From Octopus vulgaris (Eukaryota), in contig OX597824.1 in NCBI GenBank assembly GCA_951406725.2, forward strand, positions 96,286,001 to 96,350,000: a DNA stretch of 64,000 nt. Direction: 5' to 3'. The number at the start of each line of letters is the position of its first letter. Positions within the stretch are counted from its first letter, which is position 1. Of this stretch, positions 62,989 to 64,000 are shown piece by piece. The position numbers were made by a program, and so were the translations under genes. Under the pieces are notes generated by a model that was not told the DNA's origin, did not search any database, and worked only from the letters and a program-made list of their open reading frames with translations.

Positions 62989-63528
62989 CTAGTCAGTCGA
63001 CCTGTGTGGCTCAACCTGGTCATCTCAGATGTCTTGCATTCTGTAGGTGTCCAGTCAGTCGACCTGTGTGGCTCAACCTGGTCATCTCAGTTGTCCAGTC
63101 AGTCGACCTGTGTGGCTCAACCTGGTCATCTCAGTTGTCCTGCATTCTTCAGGTGTCTAGTCAGTCGACCTGTGTGGCTCAACCTGGTCATCTCAGATGT
63201 CCTGCATTCTGTAGGTGTCTAGTCAGTTGACCTGTGTGGCTCAACCTGGTCATCTCAGATGTCCTGCATTCTGTAGGTGTCTAGTCAGTTGACCTGTGTG
63301 GCTCAACCTGGTCATCTCAGTTGTCCTGCATTCTGTAGGTGTCTAGTCAGTCGACCTGTGTGGCTCAACCTGGTCACCTCAGATGTCCTGCATTCTTTAG
63401 GTGTCTAGTCAGTCGACCTGTGTGGCTCAACCTGGTCACCTCAGATGTCCTGCATTCTTTAGGTGTCTAGTCAGTCGACCTGTGTGGCTCAACCTGGTCA
63501 CCTCAGATGTCCTGCATTCTTTAGGTGT
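62989..63528 (+). repeat. 62-bp minisatellite, 9 units
   Basis: Units start at 62991, 63053 (44-bp deleted unit), 63097, 63159, 63221, 63283, 63345, 63407, 63469. Confidence 0.95.
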
Positions 63529-64000
63529 TGAAACAGCAGTATTTTTATGTGTCAATGTTATGTTCTGTTTAAACTGGCCGAAACATTCTGCCTGTTTTCT
63601 TGTCAAACTGACCAGATCAGGCTTCTTACACCAACCCTACAATATAATTCTTACTTTATCCAAATCTCATAGCTACAAGATAATTCATGGTTGAACCATG
63701 ATGCACGAATCACATCTCAGCTGGTTTCTCTTTTGTGTTGCACTGGCCATCAAGCTTTCTGCACAGATTTAAGGAGTCACTGTTATACCTCAGAAAGGCA
63801 AGCAGAAATCCTGGATTATTCAGATAATCACTAAAATATGGTGAGTCTAATTAATGGTGGTCTGTGTTGGTAATCGTCATTTTAATGAAACAAAAATGAG
63901 TCTTCAAAATTTATTTTCCTAAATCTCCATTTAAAATATACTTGATCATCCCTGTTTGCTTTACACATGATGTCCCCCATGGAATGTATCTTATTCTTAT

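Overview
Eukaryotic, AT-rich, repeat-dense animal DNA. The SINE, LINE and microsatellite make-up looks like an octopus (coleoid cephalopod) genome; this is inferred from repeat families, not proven. Two intron-rich genes lie head-to-head, and the ORF track shows only fragments of both. (1) On the minus strand, 19 coding exons (48024 down to 178) of a kinesin-3 KIF16B-like gene splice in frame to about 528 aa covering motor domain, neck and FHA domain. The gene runs off the left edge, and its ~20.9 kb first intron has a non-canonical GC donor. (2) On the plus strand, a 4-exon gene (56402-60267) encodes a 155-aa protein with a C3HC4 RING and one TRAF-type zinc finger. A splice donor follows the stop codon, and further apparently non-coding exons lie downstream. 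Introns are filled with at least four SINE families, CR1/RTE/Tx1/Penelope fragments, non-autonomous Helitrons, a decayed DNA transposase, fold-back elements (one with a tRNA-like head plus a hammerhead-ribozyme core), microsatellites and a 62-bp minisatellite. Exon boundaries were read by hand; repeat boundaries are approximate.
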